From NCBI GenBank assembly GCA_027052175.1, contig JALUFE010000013.1, positions 1 to 58,172 on the forward strand: 58,172 nucleotides of DNA, written 5' to 3'. Each line of letters begins with the position of its first letter. Position 1 is the first letter of the stretch. The position numbers and the translations under genes are program-made. Shown piece after piece: positions 7,302 to 16,417 of this stretch. The notes under the pieces are model-generated. The model was not told the DNA's origin. It saw only the letters and a program-made list of their open reading frames with translations, and did not search any database. This stretch comes from Helicobacteraceae bacterium (lineage in GTDB: Bacteria; Campylobacterota; Campylobacteria; Campylobacterales; Sulfurimonadaceae).

Positions 7302-7662
7302 AAAAACCTTCATTCTTCTCTCTGTCGTCTTTCTCTTTTTAAGCATTATGGCGCTTGTCGTCAATATGCCGGAACACAAAGACAAAGCTGTTATGACAAA
7401 ACTGCGCCCCTACATTCCTTATGAACTGACCAAGACATTCGGCGGCCTTGATATCATAAACAAAAAGACAGGAAAGAGAATGAAGATCGATAACGCCAAA
7501 GTTTTTATAGCGTTTGACAGCTTTACGAAAAAATGGGGAAAAACGCATCTCCGCCTCGAAAAAAATACACTGCTTATCTTGAACGACAACAACAAGACGA
7601 TCGACCAGATGCAGCTTACTTCTTCACAGCGCAGCTTTGTGCATAAATTCTTCTTTAAATAA
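7291..7662 (+). CDS. hypothetical signal-anchored protein
   Basis: 123 aa from the ATG at 7291 (AAGGA SD at 7281-7285). N-terminal hydrophobic segment FILLSVVFLFLSIMALVV. The 3' end overlaps the convergent gene by 39 nt. Confidence 0.45.
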   Translation: MFSKKTFILLSVVFLFLSIMALVVNMPEHKDKAVMTKLRPYIPYELTKTFGGLDIINKKTGKRMKIDNAKVFIAFDSFTKKWGKTHLRLEKNTLLILNDNNKTIDQMQLTSSQRSFVHKFFFK

Positions 7663-8013
7663 CTCAGCATCTATATCACCCAAAATCGGCCCTTTTAAAA
7701 GAACTTCGTCGCTGTTTAATAAAAAATATGCCGGATACTGCGTAGTATAAAGCAGCTCCACAGGATAGCTCTGCTGCCCCTTTACAATGATCACTATAAT
7801 ACACTTCTCTTTGAGCCATTTCGCAATGTCCTGACGATACAGTGTCTGTATCAAGGTTTTGATCTGTTTGTCGTGTGGTTGAACCAGCAGAACTAAAAGA
7901 TATTTTTTTTCACTTCGCGCTTCTTCGATCGCTTTTTCGTAATCACCTCTAAAATGTAAATTTTCAGCTATACTCAAGCTATATAATAAAAGTATAAAAA
8001 AAAGAGATTTCAT
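7624..8013 (-). CDS. secreted thioredoxin-fold (Thioredoxin_7/DUF255-like) protein without a CXXC motif
   Basis: Signal peptide, then DYEKAIEEARSEKKYLLVLLVQPHDKQIK, where thioredoxin-like proteins carry W-C-x-x-C. Confidence 0.5.
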   Translation of the reverse strand: MKSLFFILLLYSLSIAENLHFRGDYEKAIEEARSEKKYLLVLLVQPHDKQIKTLIQTLYRQDIAKWLKEKCIIVIIVKGQQSYPVELLYTTQYPAYFLLNSDEVLLKGPILGDIDAELFKEEFMHKAAL

Positions 8014-9134
8014 TCTATTTTATAACCTACAGGATCACCTTCAAGTGTCTTCAAAAAGGCGACGATGCTCTCAATCTGATTTTTACTCAAATCTATACCA
8101 AGCTGATGTCTGGCCATTATCCGTACCGCCTCCTCGATTTTGTTCACGGAGCCGTTATGAAAGTAGGGAGCCGTACGTGTGACGTTGCGCAGAATCGGAA
8201 CACGAAAGCGAAACTGACCGTTTCTGCCGTGAAATCCCCCAATATCAGGAAAAGGATAAGGACTTTCATGAAAAAGCGAAGCGAATGAAAACTCTTTGAA
8301 GTAGCGTTTACCGTTTCTATAAACACTGTGAGGAACGATCGGCGTATCGTAAGGGCGAAGCGGAAATGTCTGTATGCTCTGGCCGCCTACAGTAATCCCG
8401 CTGTGACATCCCTTACATCCAAGCTGCATAAAAAGTGACAAACCTCTTTTAGCCTTATCGCTTATCGCATCGTCATCCCCTTCCAAAAAGCGGTCATACG
8501 CTCCGCGTGTTAGCAGTGTGCGCTCATACGCGCCTATCGCTTTGGTCACGCTATCGAACGTTATCCCCTCTTTTGGAAATACTTCTGCAAACGCTTTGAT
8601 ATAACTTTTATCTTTGCGCAGACGCTCCACCACCTCCTGAGATGTCATCGCCATTTCAAAAGGTGCCGTTATAGGTCCTTTAGCCTGATCTTCGACATCC
8701 GGACTTCGTCCATCCCAAAACTGTCGAACCGCTAAGGCGGCATTAAGTACGGTTGGTGAATTGAGATGTTTTGGATTTTGTTGATTGTGATATCCTACGG
8801 CTGTCGGACGATTGTCGTCTCCACCCGCTTCTAAGATATGACATGATGCACAGTTTATGGTTTGATCTTTTGAGAGAATAGGATCGAAATAAAGGCGCCT
8901 GCCAAGTGCGATCTTTTGAAATGAGAGAGGGTTTTTTGAGGTATCCACCAGTTTCCGTGCCTCGTTCCATCTTTTTGGAATGGGTCGAAGACCTCGTCTC
9001 AACGCCTCTTGACGAACAGCAGATGCGTCGATCACCTCTTCTTTTTCTTTTGGAAGCGGAAAGAAGTAACCCACTTTAAATAAAAAAGCCACATATGCCA
9101 ATGCAATGAAGGCGATAACAAAATGAGATTTCAT
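8010..9134 (-). CDS. di-heme cytochrome c peroxidase (CCP/MauG family)
   Basis: Two heme c sites (CASCH, CKGCH). Typical CCP motifs FWDGR and PYFHNGS. Confidence 0.9.
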   Translation of the reverse strand: MKSHFVIAFIALAYVAFLFKVGYFFPLPKEKEEVIDASAVRQEALRRGLRPIPKRWNEARKLVDTSKNPLSFQKIALGRRLYFDPILSKDQTINCASCHILEAGGDDNRPTAVGYHNQQNPKHLNSPTVLNAALAVRQFWDGRSPDVEDQAKGPITAPFEMAMTSQEVVERLRKDKSYIKAFAEVFPKEGITFDSVTKAIGAYERTLLTRGAYDRFLEGDDDAISDKAKRGLSLFMQLGCKGCHSGITVGGQSIQTFPLRPYDTPIVPHSVYRNGKRYFKEFSFASLFHESPYPFPDIGGFHGRNGQFRFRVPILRNVTRTAPYFHNGSVNKIEEAVRIMARHQLGIDLSKNQIESIVAFLKTLEGDPVGYKIE

Positions 9135-9187
9135 AACCGCATCCCCTCTTCTTTACAAGATCGCGAAGCTGTAAATCTTCAAAAGTG

Positions 9188-9550
9188 TTATTTCAATGAG
9201 TTTTCAATCGCCTCTTCCAGATCCTCCACCTCATCGTTGAATTCAGAATCACTCATCGTCGTGCGATTTTTTTCGATCGACACAATCCCTTCTCCATAAT
9301 CGATCACTACACTCGCACTCTTTCCGTCTTCGTATTTCGAAGCGACAATGGAGCGAGATCCAAGAGGTGTCATTGTCCATCCCTCTTTTTCACCTGCTTG
9401 AACGATGAGACTTCGCACTTTTTTCGTTCCGACATGCTTCGTTACGGGAATTTCAATCGCTCCTCCCGGCCCTTTTGCTGCCGGTGCACTGCATCCGCCC
9501 ATGACAACAGCCACGGCTACAGCGATACTTACAAAGAATCTCTTTTTCAT
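9188..9550 (-). CDS. hypothetical lipoprotein
   Basis: The start at 9550 has a TAAGGAGGAG SD. Lipobox VVMGGC. The longer track ORF (to 9628) would overlap cobA. Confidence 0.6.
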   Translation of the reverse strand: MKKRFFVSIAVAVAVVMGGCSAPAAKGPGGAIEIPVTKHVGTKKVRSLIVQAGEKEGWTMTPLGSRSIVASKYEDGKSASVVIDYGEGIVSIEKNRTTMSDSEFNDEVEDLEEAIENSLK

Positions 9551-9563
9551 TTTTAACTCCTCC

Positions 9564-10316
9564 TTATGGATTTGAATCTTCACCAAACCAGGCAAGTTCA
9601 TTTCGCAGTCTAACGACTTTGCCGACAACGATAAGTGCCGGAGTCGGCAATTTTTCCTCTTTCACTTTCATATAAATATCTTCAAGTGTTCCAACCACCG
9701 TCTTCTGCTCTTTTGTCGTTCCTCTGCTGATTACGGCACAAGGGGTTGACGCCTCTCTGCCTACTCTGATAAGATTTTTGGCGATATTTTTCAAATTGTG
9801 CAATCCCATCAAAAAAACGATCGTCTCGTCACTGCCAAGTGATTCCCAGTCCACCTGCGACGTTTCCTTATTGGGTGTTTCATGACCCGTTACAACTCGA
9901 AACGAAACTGCAACACCGCGGTGTGTCACAGGAATCCCCGCATATGCAGGTACAGAGACTGCGGAAGTTATGCCGGGAATAAATTCGAACTCAATGCCAC
10001 GCTCATAAAGATATTTTCCCTCTTCACCCCCGCGGCCGAAAACAAGCGGATCACCACCCTTGAGACGCACAACCACATCGTGCTTGAGTGCAGAGTTGTA
10101 AATCACTTCGTTGATCTGATCCTGGGGAAGAGTGTGTCGCCCGTCCTCCTTACCGACATAGATAAACTCACATCCATCTTTGGCCTCTTTGAGAATATCG
10201 GGATTTGCCAATCTATCATAAATGATGACATCGGCCTCTTGCACGACTCGAAGGGCTTTGATAGTCAAAAGCTCGATATCGCCTGGCCCTGCACCTGTTA
10301 AATAGACTTTCCCCAT
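9564..10316 (-). CDS. cobA: uroporphyrinogen-III C-methyltransferase (SUMT; NirE/CobA)
   Basis: VYLTGAGPGDIELLT N-terminus and full-length SUMT-like sequence. Located in the nir cluster. Confidence 0.9.
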   Translation of the reverse strand: MGKVYLTGAGPGDIELLTIKALRVVQEADVIIYDRLANPDILKEAKDGCEFIYVGKEDGRHTLPQDQINEVIYNSALKHDVVVRLKGGDPLVFGRGGEEGKYLYERGIEFEFIPGITSAVSVPAYAGIPVTHRGVAVSFRVVTGHETPNKETSQVDWESLGSDETIVFLMGLHNLKNIAKNLIRVGREASTPCAVISRGTTKEQKTVVGTLEDIYMKVKEEKLPTPALIVVGKVVRLRNELAWFGEDSNP

Positions 10317-11441
10317 TTACACATCCTCTCTTTCGGGCTCGTTTAAATAGCATGACGGGTCTTCCGCCCACAAATCGCCATATATGGCATACGCACGACT
10401 GCGCGAACCACCGTTGCAGATATCGATCACACCGCATTTTTCACATATGCCGCTGAGCTCCCTTGGATGTTTTCGCAGTTTCGTAAGCATTTCGTTCGAC
10501 TCATCCAGCCAAATTTCACTGAAAGGTTTTTGAGTCATATCACCGATGTAAAACGGAAAGAATGGATCAGGCTTCACACGCCCCATCCAGTCGATGTTGC
10601 CAAGTTTTCTGCCGGCACTGTTACCGCCCCACTTACGAAGCCGTCTTATCATCTCTTCTTTGAGTTCCGGGTAGCGCGCAGCAAATTTTTTGAGAAAAAA
10701 GATCGCATCCATCTCCATATTTCCCGTAACGATATCGATATTTCGCCCCTCTTCAATGTACGCAAAAGCTTTGTCTATGATAAACTCGACAAATTCCCTG
10801 CGCTCCTCTTTGGAGATATCGATCTTGAGATTCTCCAGTCCTCTGCCGCTGTAAACCAAATGCGAGATATAAATTTTATCTACCCCTATCGACTCGGCAA
10901 GCTCAAAGATAGCGTAGAAACTCTCTTTCGTTTCATTGGTGATCGTAAAGCGTATCCCGGCATTGCCGCCATGTTTTTGGATCAGAGCAATCGCTTCAAG
11001 ACTCTTTTTATAGGCTCCCTCAAGTCCGCGAAAATGATCATGCACCTCCTCGATCCCATCGATACTTATACCGATATAATTGAAAGTTTCGATGATACGA
11101 TCTACGTTTTTTTCGTTGATATACAATCCGTTTGTGGAAAGATACGTAACGATACCCGCCTTTTGCATCGCATCGGCTATATCGAATATATCACGTCGTA
11201 TCAGTGGTTCGCCGCCCGAAAAAATCACGAACCTGATACCAGCTTTTGTCAGTTCAGGGATAGAATTTAAAATAAACTCGGTTGAGAGAAAATCCTCCTG
11301 ATTTGGATCGGCATAACTGTAACAATGACGGCATGCGAGATTGCAGCGATTGGTGAAATTCCAAATAACAATACTGCCGCTAAGAGATCGCTCTTTTTTC
11401 CCTTCCGTTACCGATTTGATAAGATTGCTTAATCGAAACAC
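10317..11441 (-). CDS. nirJ: radical SAM heme d1 biosynthesis protein NirJ
   Basis: CNLACRHCY radical SAM motif and a C-terminal Cys-rich SPASM-like region. Directly abuts cobA. Confidence 0.9.
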   Translation of the reverse strand: MFRLSNLIKSVTEGKKERSLSGSIVIWNFTNRCNLACRHCYSYADPNQEDFLSTEFILNSIPELTKAGIRFVIFSGGEPLIRRDIFDIADAMQKAGIVTYLSTNGLYINEKNVDRIIETFNYIGISIDGIEEVHDHFRGLEGAYKKSLEAIALIQKHGGNAGIRFTITNETKESFYAIFELAESIGVDKIYISHLVYSGRGLENLKIDISKEERREFVEFIIDKAFAYIEEGRNIDIVTGNMEMDAIFFLKKFAARYPELKEEMIRRLRKWGGNSAGRKLGNIDWMGRVKPDPFFPFYIGDMTQKPFSEIWLDESNEMLTKLRKHPRELSGICEKCGVIDICNGGSRSRAYAIYGDLWAEDPSCYLNEPEREDV

Positions 11442-11449
11442 CGATGCTC

Positions 11450-12562
11450 CTACTCGTTATTGTCGGTATCATACAAAAAGATACCCGATGGTTTCGGAAC
11501 AGGCCATTCAAATTGCTTCCACCATTTCTTAGGATCTTGATTGGAAACATTGTATGCTACAACTTGACTTGCGGTATTGACACTGAAATAGAGATGAGGC
11601 GTCGTTTTAGACCATCGTAGATGCAAAATCCAACCGGGAAATTTGAAACGTCTGACTATTTTCAGGGTTTTTGTATCGACAATCTGCACGATTGGGAATT
11701 TTTTGCCGCTGAAAGATACCGCCAAATGTTTTTGATCCGGACTGAGTGCCGTAAAGACCGGATTGCCCTCCAGTTCAATCGATTTGACAAAATGAAAATC
11801 ATGATCGAAAACAAAAACTTTCTTGTTGCCGACCGCCGGGATAAAGAAATATTTTTTACTTATACTCCAAAACCCAAAATGCGGTACTTTGAGTACGCGC
11901 TCCTTTTTTCCAAGGGCAAGCGGCACCTTTTTATACTGCATAGTATCGAGATTCAAAACACCGACATCCGGAGAGTTGAAAAGCCCGACCACATAGAGAT
12001 TGTTGTGTATCATCGCATCAAAAGGTACTTTTCCGACATTTTTCAACCTCTTTTCAAGTACGAAGTGCGGCAACTTTTGTCCTGCCTGTTTGTCTTGCAT
12101 GATCCATATCTCGTCACTGTCCATACATGCAAAAACAAGCTTATTTTTATAAGTTTTGATGCCGACGTTGCGGCTGCCTGTTTTGATCGTTTGAACGGGG
12201 TTGAGATCACGATCGAGGATCTCGACTGTTTTGTTGTCATAGTTGGCAACGGCAAGAAAGTTCCTACCGATGATAAAACCGATAGCACTTTTGCTCGTCC
12301 TGTATTCTTTCGTTTTTACCTCTTTATCCGGATCAAACTTCACGACATAACCATCCCGTGTAATTACATAGCCGTCAGACCCGCGAAACTTGACAACCGC
12401 ATGGTTGAAGTTGTGCATATTTTTTATCTCATTGACGAGTAGATTATGATCTATCACGGCAAGTGCACTATTTTCACGCTCTACAACGAAGATTTTCTCA
12501 CGCGCCTGCGACGTCGAAAGAAATAGCAACACAACCGCTAAAGCAGTAAAGATTCTGTTCAT
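11450..12562 (-). CDS. nirF: NirF-like periplasmic d1-type beta-propeller protein (no heme c site)
   Basis: Signal peptide. 370 aa, similar in style to the NirS d1 domain. No CXXCH. Position between the cytochrome c gene and nirJ. Confidence 0.75.
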   Translation of the reverse strand: MNRIFTALAVVLLFLSTSQAREKIFVVERENSALAVIDHNLLVNEIKNMHNFNHAVVKFRGSDGYVITRDGYVVKFDPDKEVKTKEYRTSKSAIGFIIGRNFLAVANYDNKTVEILDRDLNPVQTIKTGSRNVGIKTYKNKLVFACMDSDEIWIMQDKQAGQKLPHFVLEKRLKNVGKVPFDAMIHNNLYVVGLFNSPDVGVLNLDTMQYKKVPLALGKKERVLKVPHFGFWSISKKYFFIPAVGNKKVFVFDHDFHFVKSIELEGNPVFTALSPDQKHLAVSFSGKKFPIVQIVDTKTLKIVRRFKFPGWILHLRWSKTTPHLYFSVNTASQVVAYNVSNQDPKKWWKQFEWPVPKPSGIFLYDTDNNE

Positions 12563-12879
12563 TTTTTGTCCTTGAAACTGTAAATATAATTTGTGAGTGC
12601 CTGAAGGTCGGCAGCACTGAGATCGTCAAAGGCCGGCATCGAATTTCGTTTATACCCAAGCTGTTTATAGGTATGTTCCGGATCCGCGATTTGTGCCATT
12701 ATCTCACCCCGGCTACGCTTGTTGGCGATGGTGCGAAAAGAAGGACCGAACGCTTCGGCAGTCTGGTGATGACATCCCCAGCAGTAGGTTTTGAAAAGCT
12801 TCTCTCCATTTTTCGTGTCTGCATGTAAAAAAATCCCGACACAAAACACAACATAGACCAGCCCGTTCCACTTTTTCAT
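12559..12879 (-). CDS. small periplasmic mono-heme cytochrome c (NirC/NirM-like)
   Basis: 106 aa with a signal peptide. CWGCHH heme site and a distal Met (NSMPAF). 4-nt ATGA overlap with nirF. Confidence 0.7.
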   Translation of the reverse strand: MKKWNGLVYVVFCVGIFLHADTKNGEKLFKTYCWGCHHQTAEAFGPSFRTIANKRSRGEIMAQIADPEHTYKQLGYKRNSMPAFDDLSAADLQALTNYIYSFKDKK

Positions 12880-12964
12880 GACAAGCTCCTTTTTTTACGA
12901 ATCATATCATAAATATGCTTGCCACTTCTCTTCGCAAACTTTAGTGGCAGATTTTCAAGTCTGC

Positions 12965-12999
12965 AAACAAAAGTGGCGCACCTCTTGTAGAAGAGGTGC
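12965..12999 (-). terminator. intrinsic terminator after nirS
   Basis: 9-bp GC-rich stem GCACCTCTT / AAGAGGTGC (12978-12999) with a 4-nt loop. On the minus strand it is followed by a TTTTGTTT tract. Confidence 0.6.
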
Positions 13000-13009
13000 A
13001 AAGTAGGTT

Positions 13010-14719
13010 TTACGCTCCTGGAACTTCTTGACGATGTTCAACTGAGTAAGTGAAAGTAGGTGTAGTCAAGTTGTAGATATACTTGATAAACTCTCCCGTT
13101 TTCGCATCGTAAATACCGATACGTCCTGTTGTCCATTCACTGATCATCGTCCATTTTCCATGATTCGCAGGTTCGGCATGAAGCAGACGAGGCTGTACAG
13201 GTTTGGCGACTTTTTTGCCGAGTCTAGCAGTGTATGGCACAAGTTCCTCTTGAGATATCTTGGACTTGACCGCCTTAGGTGTTACACGTGTATACTGTGT
13301 AGCATCCCATGTCTGCAGAATCTTGCCTGTATGAGCGTCTATAAGATGCCCTTTATGTTTGTCAACCTCGATGATACGATCTGTTTTCAGCGTCTGCTTG
13401 TTGATGAGGTAGACTTTGTTGTAGTTCGTCGGTCCGCCAAGTACACAGTCAGACCAGATATATGGCGTATCTTTACTTGTTCCGACAAACAATCCACCAC
13501 CGGCTGTCGGAACGTTGGCGACGACTTCATTGTTCATATCCCAAATGACGACATCACCGACGTTCATACTGTTTGTCGCATTGAGCTGACCATATCTCTC
13601 ATTGTACCAGGAACTTCCCTGACCCGGGTGTGGTTTTGTTCCCGGACCGGTGTATATCTTCGCTGCAAGAGAGCGGGTTTTAAGGTCGATCACACCCATA
13701 AGGTCACTTCCTTGAGATGCGACATAAACAAAACGTCCGATCTGTTTTCCTTCGTTTTCAAACGCGTCGTGAAGAATTTTACCAATATTCGGTACATCCC
13801 CAACTATTGGGAAATCAGGCTTACTGTAATCGACTATATAAACATGTCCTCCATCCTTCAGCGCGAAGACGAAATATGGTGCATACGGCGTATCGGCAAT
13901 AAATGCGACACGGCTCGGTCCGATGTTACCGTCAGGATCGATCACGCTTGAAGTCGGATAGACTTTAAGCGGCTCAAGTGTTTTGGCATCACAAAGTACT
14001 GCCCCACCAGGATTATAGTTCCCAGCCATCACATACTTGCCATCAGGAGAAACCGCAAGACCCCGAGACTCTTGTCCTACCTGCACACTGGCAATAGCCG
14101 GCTGTCCAGGAGCGTTGAGATCGAACATCGTCAAACGACCGGAACGGCTGATGGAGTATGCATATCGAGGCATTCGCTTGTTCGTCACCGTAACATGCAC
14201 GGCAAATCCTGCCTTGTGGCGAGACAGAACTTTACCTGTTGTACTGTCGATAAAGTCGACCAATGAAGCGTCCCGCTCAGTAGCAAACGTAATATCTTTC
14301 ACATCTTTTACATCCACCGGTTTAGGATATTTTTTGTACAACGCTTTTCTGTCTGCAAGTTGCTTCCACGTTTTTTTAACATCATCGAGTGAAAGTTTCA
14401 ACTCTACCGTATTTTTCCAGTTCATCAGCCAATTGACCATTCCGGCCGCATCATCTTTTGTAAACATATGTTTCCATGAAGGCATAGCGGTACCTTCTCG
14501 CCCATTGAGTATCGTCTCAACAAGCGAGTAAGCCTCTTTTTTCTTCAATGCTTTCGGTCGAAGATCTGAACCGACACCACCCTGGTGAATAGGTCCATGA
14601 CATCCTTGACACTCTTTTTCGTATACTTTTGCAAAGTTCATTTTGGAAGTACCGGCATACAAAGACCCGGCAACCAAAGAAACAGCCGCTGTGGCACTGA
14701 TCAATTTTGAAATTTTCAT
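13010..14719 (-). CDS. nirS: cytochrome cd1 nitrite reductase
   Basis: 569 aa. Signal peptide, N-terminal heme c domain (CQGCHG) and a d1 propeller domain. Confidence 0.95.
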   Translation of the reverse strand: MKISKLISATAAVSLVAGSLYAGTSKMNFAKVYEKECQGCHGPIHQGGVGSDLRPKALKKKEAYSLVETILNGREGTAMPSWKHMFTKDDAAGMVNWLMNWKNTVELKLSLDDVKKTWKQLADRKALYKKYPKPVDVKDVKDITFATERDASLVDFIDSTTGKVLSRHKAGFAVHVTVTNKRMPRYAYSISRSGRLTMFDLNAPGQPAIASVQVGQESRGLAVSPDGKYVMAGNYNPGGAVLCDAKTLEPLKVYPTSSVIDPDGNIGPSRVAFIADTPYAPYFVFALKDGGHVYIVDYSKPDFPIVGDVPNIGKILHDAFENEGKQIGRFVYVASQGSDLMGVIDLKTRSLAAKIYTGPGTKPHPGQGSSWYNERYGQLNATNSMNVGDVVIWDMNNEVVANVPTAGGGLFVGTSKDTPYIWSDCVLGGPTNYNKVYLINKQTLKTDRIIEVDKHKGHLIDAHTGKILQTWDATQYTRVTPKAVKSKISQEELVPYTARLGKKVAKPVQPRLLHAEPANHGKWTMISEWTTGRIGIYDAKTGEFIKYIYNLTTPTFTYSVEHRQEVPGA

Positions 14720-14749
14720 CTCTCTCTCCTTTTTTTACTCTCTCGAACA

Positions 14750-14779
14750 GACCACTTTGAAATAATCTTCAAAGTGGTC
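14750..14779 (-). other. 12-bp perfect intercistronic stem-loop between the norB-proximal micro-ORF and nirS
   Basis: GACCACTTTGAA-ATAATC-TTCAAAGTGGTC. No U-tract follows on the coding (minus) strand. Confidence 0.5.
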
Positions 14780-14818
14780 ACTTTTTGACGATTGTAAATC
14801 GCTTTCTCTCCCCTCTTT

Positions 14819-14971
14819 TTACTGCTCTTCTTCCAGGCGTTTTTTCTCCTGGAAGTAGATAAAGACCATTGGAAGGACTATCACCGTATGCAAAAAGATA
14901 GTCAGTGTCAACGGTCCTTGATTTAGCAACCCGAAAAAGCTCGGATTGACATCTGTAAATGGTTCTATCAT
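14819..14971 (-). CDS. candidate 50-aa membrane micro-protein downstream of norB
   Basis: MIEPFTDVNPSFFGLLNQGPLTLTIFLHTVIVLPMVFIYFQEKKRLEEEQ. AAGGAG SD 6 nt upstream of the ATG, starting right after the norB stop. One TM. Below the ORF-track length cut-off. Confidence 0.45.
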   Translation of the reverse strand: MIEPFTDVNPSFFGLLNQGPLTLTIFLHTVIVLPMVFIYFQEKKRLEEEQ

Positions 14972-14983
14972 CTTCTTCTCCTT

Positions 14984-16417
14984 TTATTGATCAGCTTCTA
15001 CTTTGCCTATAGTGAGCAAATCCCACAATAGGTAGACAAATCCGACGAATGTCACGACACCCATCGCAAGACGCCATCCCATAGCCTGAGTCATCCAAGT
15101 AAGATTTTGTGCTATGAAGTAGGCATCCCAGCCACCGCCAAGATCTGCACGCTCGACGAGCACCTGTTCATATCCGGCAATAGTAAGTGCTACAGTCATA
15201 CCAAGCACACCGAATGTGATCAAAGTGATCGCCATTTTAGACTTGAATGTCATCGTCATTTTTTTGACGCCGCTTGCACCCTGTACTCCAAGATACATCA
15301 TACCAATAAGAATCGTTGCATACGCACCGAAGAATGCCAAGTGACCGTGTGCCGCCGTAAACTGCGTTCCGTGAGTATAGATGTTTACCTGTGGAAGCGT
15401 ATGGAAAAATCCCCATATACCAGCACCCAAAAAGTTACCGAAGGCATTGAGCGCAATCCAGCCCATAGCCGGTGTATTGTTGACCGCATGCACTTCTTCA
15501 CCTTCAAGTGCTTTTGCTTCTTTATGCCCCTGCTCTTTCCCCCAGTCGTAAAGAACATGCACGAACATCGCTACAAGCGGTACAGGTTCAAGGGCACTAA
15601 AGAGCGCTCCGATCTCCCACCAGTATTCAGGTGTACCAATCCAGAAGTAGTGGTGTCCAAGACCGAGGATACCAGAACCAAAGAGCATCAAAACTTCGAT
15701 CCAGAGCCACATTTCGACTATCTCACGCTTTGCACCGAGAATCTTGATAAGACCGTATGCAGCCAAAGCACCGACAAAGACTTCCCACGTCGCTTCGACC
15801 CAAAGGTGGATAACCCACCACCACCAATACTGATCCATTGAGATATTGTCTGTAAAAAACATACCGGCAAGATAAAGACCCGCAAGTGCGAGCAGGTCAG
15901 CGACCAATACGGTCATAATTCCCGTTCGTCTTCCTTTCATATAGGTCGCAAAGACATTCCAGTAAAAAATAAGTACGACGACAACGATACCGATATCCGC
16001 CCATCTCGGCGCTTCGATATACTCACGTCCCTCGTTGATAAGCCAGATCGTACTCTCTTTTCCCGGTCCTACTTGAATGAAGATATAAACGAGCACAACA
16101 ACCGTTACAGCAGCCGTCAATACCCAAAATGCGAGCTTGCCGATCCCGGCACCAACGACCTCTTCACCTGTCTCGTCGGGGAGCATGTAGTATACTGCTC
16201 CAAGCATCGCAAAGACCATCCAGACAACGAGCGCGTTGATGTGAATCATACGTGCTACGTTAAAATCAAGCACCTCGAACAAAAATCCCGGCCATATAAA
16301 TTGGATCGCCGCAACAAGCCCTAACAGCAGCTGAGCGCCAAAGAGGACGATTGCGACACGGAAGTAGTTCATCCCCAGCTTTTGAGATTCATATTTTAAA
16401 TGTGCATTAGTGAGCAT
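14984..16417 (-). CDS. norB: nitric oxide reductase large subunit (cNOR NorB)
   Basis: 477 aa. H59, WWWWVIHLWVE (H204, E208), GHHYFW (H255/H256) and AAHGHLAFFG (H357/H359). Confidence 0.95.
   Translation of the reverse strand: MLTNAHLKYESQKLGMNYFRVAIVLFGAQLLLGLVAAIQFIWPGFLFEVLDFNVARMIHINALVVWMVFAMLGAVYYMLPDETGEEVVGAGIGKLAFWVLTAAVTVVVLVYIFIQVGPGKESTIWLINEGREYIEAPRWADIGIVVVVLIFYWNVFATYMKGRRTGIMTVLVADLLALAGLYLAGMFFTDNISMDQYWWWWVIHLWVEATWEVFVGALAAYGLIKILGAKREIVEMWLWIEVLMLFGSGILGLGHHYFWIGTPEYWWEIGALFSALEPVPLVAMFVHVLYDWGKEQGHKEAKALEGEEVHAVNNTPAMGWIALNAFGNFLGAGIWGFFHTLPQVNIYTHGTQFTAAHGHLAFFGAYATILIGMMYLGVQGASGVKKMTMTFKSKMAITLITFGVLGMTVALTIAGYEQVLVERADLGGGWDAYFIAQNLTWMTQAMGWRLAMGVVTFVGFVYLLWDLLTIGKVEADQ

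Noticed and set aside
13280-13295. TGTTACACGTGTATAC as a possible parS site (consensus TGTTNCACGTGAAACA); also a general search near parAB.
   Set aside because: Three mismatches in the right half, and it lies inside nirS. No better CACGTG-centred palindrome was found by eye anywhere in the window, including 52357-54115.
10467-15841. Long plus-strand ORFs (267, 273, 263 and 244 aa) opposite nirJ, nirF, nirS and norB.
   Set aside because: Each lies fully inside a strongly supported minus-strand gene and has no recognisable motifs. They have the typical Phe/Cys/Arg-rich antisense composition. The same reasoning applies to 2153-2788, 27113-27694, 31102-31686, 37418-37993, 38595-39203, 47840-48517, 50209-50793 and 52776-53363.
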